A stretch of DNA of 64,000 nucleotides from an uncultured virus (IMG/VR IMGVR_UViG_2724679563_000003) (taxonomy: Duplodnaviria > Heunggongvirae > Uroviricota > Caudoviricetes), in the IMG/VR virus record IMGVR_UViG_2724679563_000003, positions 1-64,000 of that record; one strand, written 5' to 3'. Below are positions 62,673-64,000 of the stretch, one piece after another. The stretch's first letter is position 1, and each line of letters opens with the position of its first letter. The notes under the pieces were generated by a model. It searched no databases, was not told the origin of the DNA, and saw nothing but the letters and a program-made list of their open reading frames with translations. The translations under genes and the position numbers were made by a program.

Positions 62673-63602
62673 ATGGCTAAATATTATCCTAAGAAAGATT
62701 ACTCATCAAACTTAGTAGCACAATATGAATTTGAAGATAATGATAATATATGTAGAGATAGCAGTGGAAATGACAATAACGGTACTTATTATGGTACTAC
62801 AAAAATTGTTGAAAATGGCAAAACATCTAGAAACTTTAATGGGACTAGTGATTATATACAATTTAATAAAACAATAACTCCTGCAAATGATTTAAGTATA
62901 AAGTTTGATATAAAATGTACTGATGTTGAAAGATTTAGTTTTGTATTTACAAATTCATATTCTTCAAGTGATAATGGGGTATTAATACAAATAAAAAACA
63001 ATAAAATTGATTGTATTTTTCTTAATAAATTATGCGAATCTAATAATGGACTAGTAAGTGCAAATTTAAATGAAAATACTTGGAACAGCATTTTAATTAC
63101 GAAAAAAGATAAAGTTATTAAAATGTATAAAAATAATTTAGCAATTCCAATATCAACTAGCGAAGTATTATATGATAATAATCCTTGCGAATATAATTTA
63201 AAAATAGGAGATTATAGTTATGCGCATTATTATTATAAAGGTAATCTATCTAATTTGGAAATATATAATAAAGCTATAGAATTTACAGATAAAAAATATT
63301 TAATTCAGGATAAAAATAATGCCTTATACACACTAAATCAAAATAATTTAGTCCAAGCTCCATCACAAATATTAGATGAAAATAATTTTAATAATAATGG
63401 ATTTACAGATACCGATTTAATAACTAAAGATTTATTACTAAATAAATTTGAAAACTTAGAAGAAATTAAATTACTTGCATATACAGATAATTTAGAAAAG
63501 AATAAATGTGAAATGATTTATAATTGTAAGCCAAATGCTCCGAGAGATAAATTAAAATTAATAGGTAACGGTAAGTTTGATATATTAATGAAAGAATGTT
63601 AA
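62673..63602 (+). CDS. LamG/concanavalin A-like domain protein (paralog 2)
   Basis: LVAQY.FE...DSSGN.N.G...FNG...W...Y.G.L..L.IYN. Confidence 0.8.
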   Translation: MAKYYPKKDYSSNLVAQYEFEDNDNICRDSSGNDNNGTYYGTTKIVENGKTSRNFNGTSDYIQFNKTITPANDLSIKFDIKCTDVERFSFVFTNSYSSSDNGVLIQIKNNKIDCIFLNKLCESNNGLVSANLNENTWNSILITKKDKVIKMYKNNLAIPISTSEVLYDNNPCEYNLKIGDYSYAHYYYKGNLSNLEIYNKAIEFTDKKYLIQDKNNALYTLNQNNLVQAPSQILDENNFNNNGFTDTDLITKDLLLNKFENLEEIKLLAYTDNLEKNKCEMIYNCKPNAPRDKLKLIGNGKFDILMKEC

Positions 63603-63667
63603 AGAGAACGATATAAAATATTCATTTTAAATAAAATAATTTTAAAGTTTAGATTGGAAGTGATATA

Positions 63668-64000
63668 GTGGCAAAATATATACCTAAAAAAGATTATAGT
63701 CATAACTTAATAGCAAAATATAACTTTGAAGAAACAAGTGGTAATATTTGCATAGATAGTACAGGAAAATATAATGGTGCTTATGTTGGTACAACAAGTA
63801 TTGTTGGAATAGATGGTAATGCTAGAAGTTTTAATGGTGAATCTGATTGTATTAATTTTAATAATTCAATAATACCGTTAGGAAAAAAGAGTGTTAAATT
63901 TAGAATTAGACTTCAAAATAATTTAATGAAAAATCAGAATGTTATTTTTTATGTAGGAAATGATAATTACAAAAATAGTGGAAGCTTACAGTGTTCTTAT
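63668..64000 (+). CDS. LamG-like domain protein (paralog 3, partial)
   Basis: GTG start, AKYIPKKDYSHNLIAKYNFEETSG...ARSFNG. Runs off the window. Confidence 0.75.
   Translation, partial: MAKYIPKKDYSHNLIAKYNFEETSGNICIDSTGKYNGAYVGTTSIVGIDGNARSFNGESDCINFNNSIIPLGKKSVKFRIRLQNNLMKNQNVIFYVGNDNYKNSGSLQCSY

Noticed and set aside
288..63091. Numerous short minus-strand ORFs in the track
   Set aside because: They are antisense shadows of AT-rich + strand genes with no RBS or recognisable motif. Only 41481-41681 (and the untracked 46603-46764) are accepted.
61735..64000. Diversity-generating retroelement or invertible shufflon
   Set aside because: No reverse transcriptase, adenine-specific TR/VR pair, invertase or inverted cassette is visible in the window.

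Overview
The window is a continuous segment of a large SPbeta-like (pro)phage from an AT-rich Firmicute, most likely a Clostridium (inferred from composition and clostridial-type cell-wall-binding motifs). Almost everything is on the + strand. In order: a YonO-like single-subunit RNA polymerase and a Zn-ribbon partner; a structured non-coding leader; accessory genes (NlpC/P60, HU, PIN-PhoH, YonK, GIY-YIG, tRNA-Trp, antirepressor, metallophosphoesterase); the head module; neck and tail genes; a 5-kb toxin-antitoxin-rich island; tail-tip and fibre genes; the lysis cassette; and a tandem LamG-domain array. The main result is that the fragmented ORFs at 33.7-49 kb are two genes split by four self-splicing elements. 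The ~2410-aa tape measure gene carries two ORF-less group I introns (35208-35544, 36154-36524) and an IS605-type IStron (40998-43163). The next tail gene carries an IS607-type IStron (about 46120-48137). Both IStrons have a catalytically intact TnpB and no TnpA transposase. Each instead has a small, divergently transcribed DNA-binding gene (XRE-HTH in one, ribbon-helix-helix in the other). Also notable: a cluster of orphan antitoxin-like ORFs between two complete TA pairs, two recurring intergenic motifs (candidate phage-RNAP promoter or operator sites), and nested translation starts in the endolysin and protease genes. All family assignments come from motif recognition and gene order; no database search was run.
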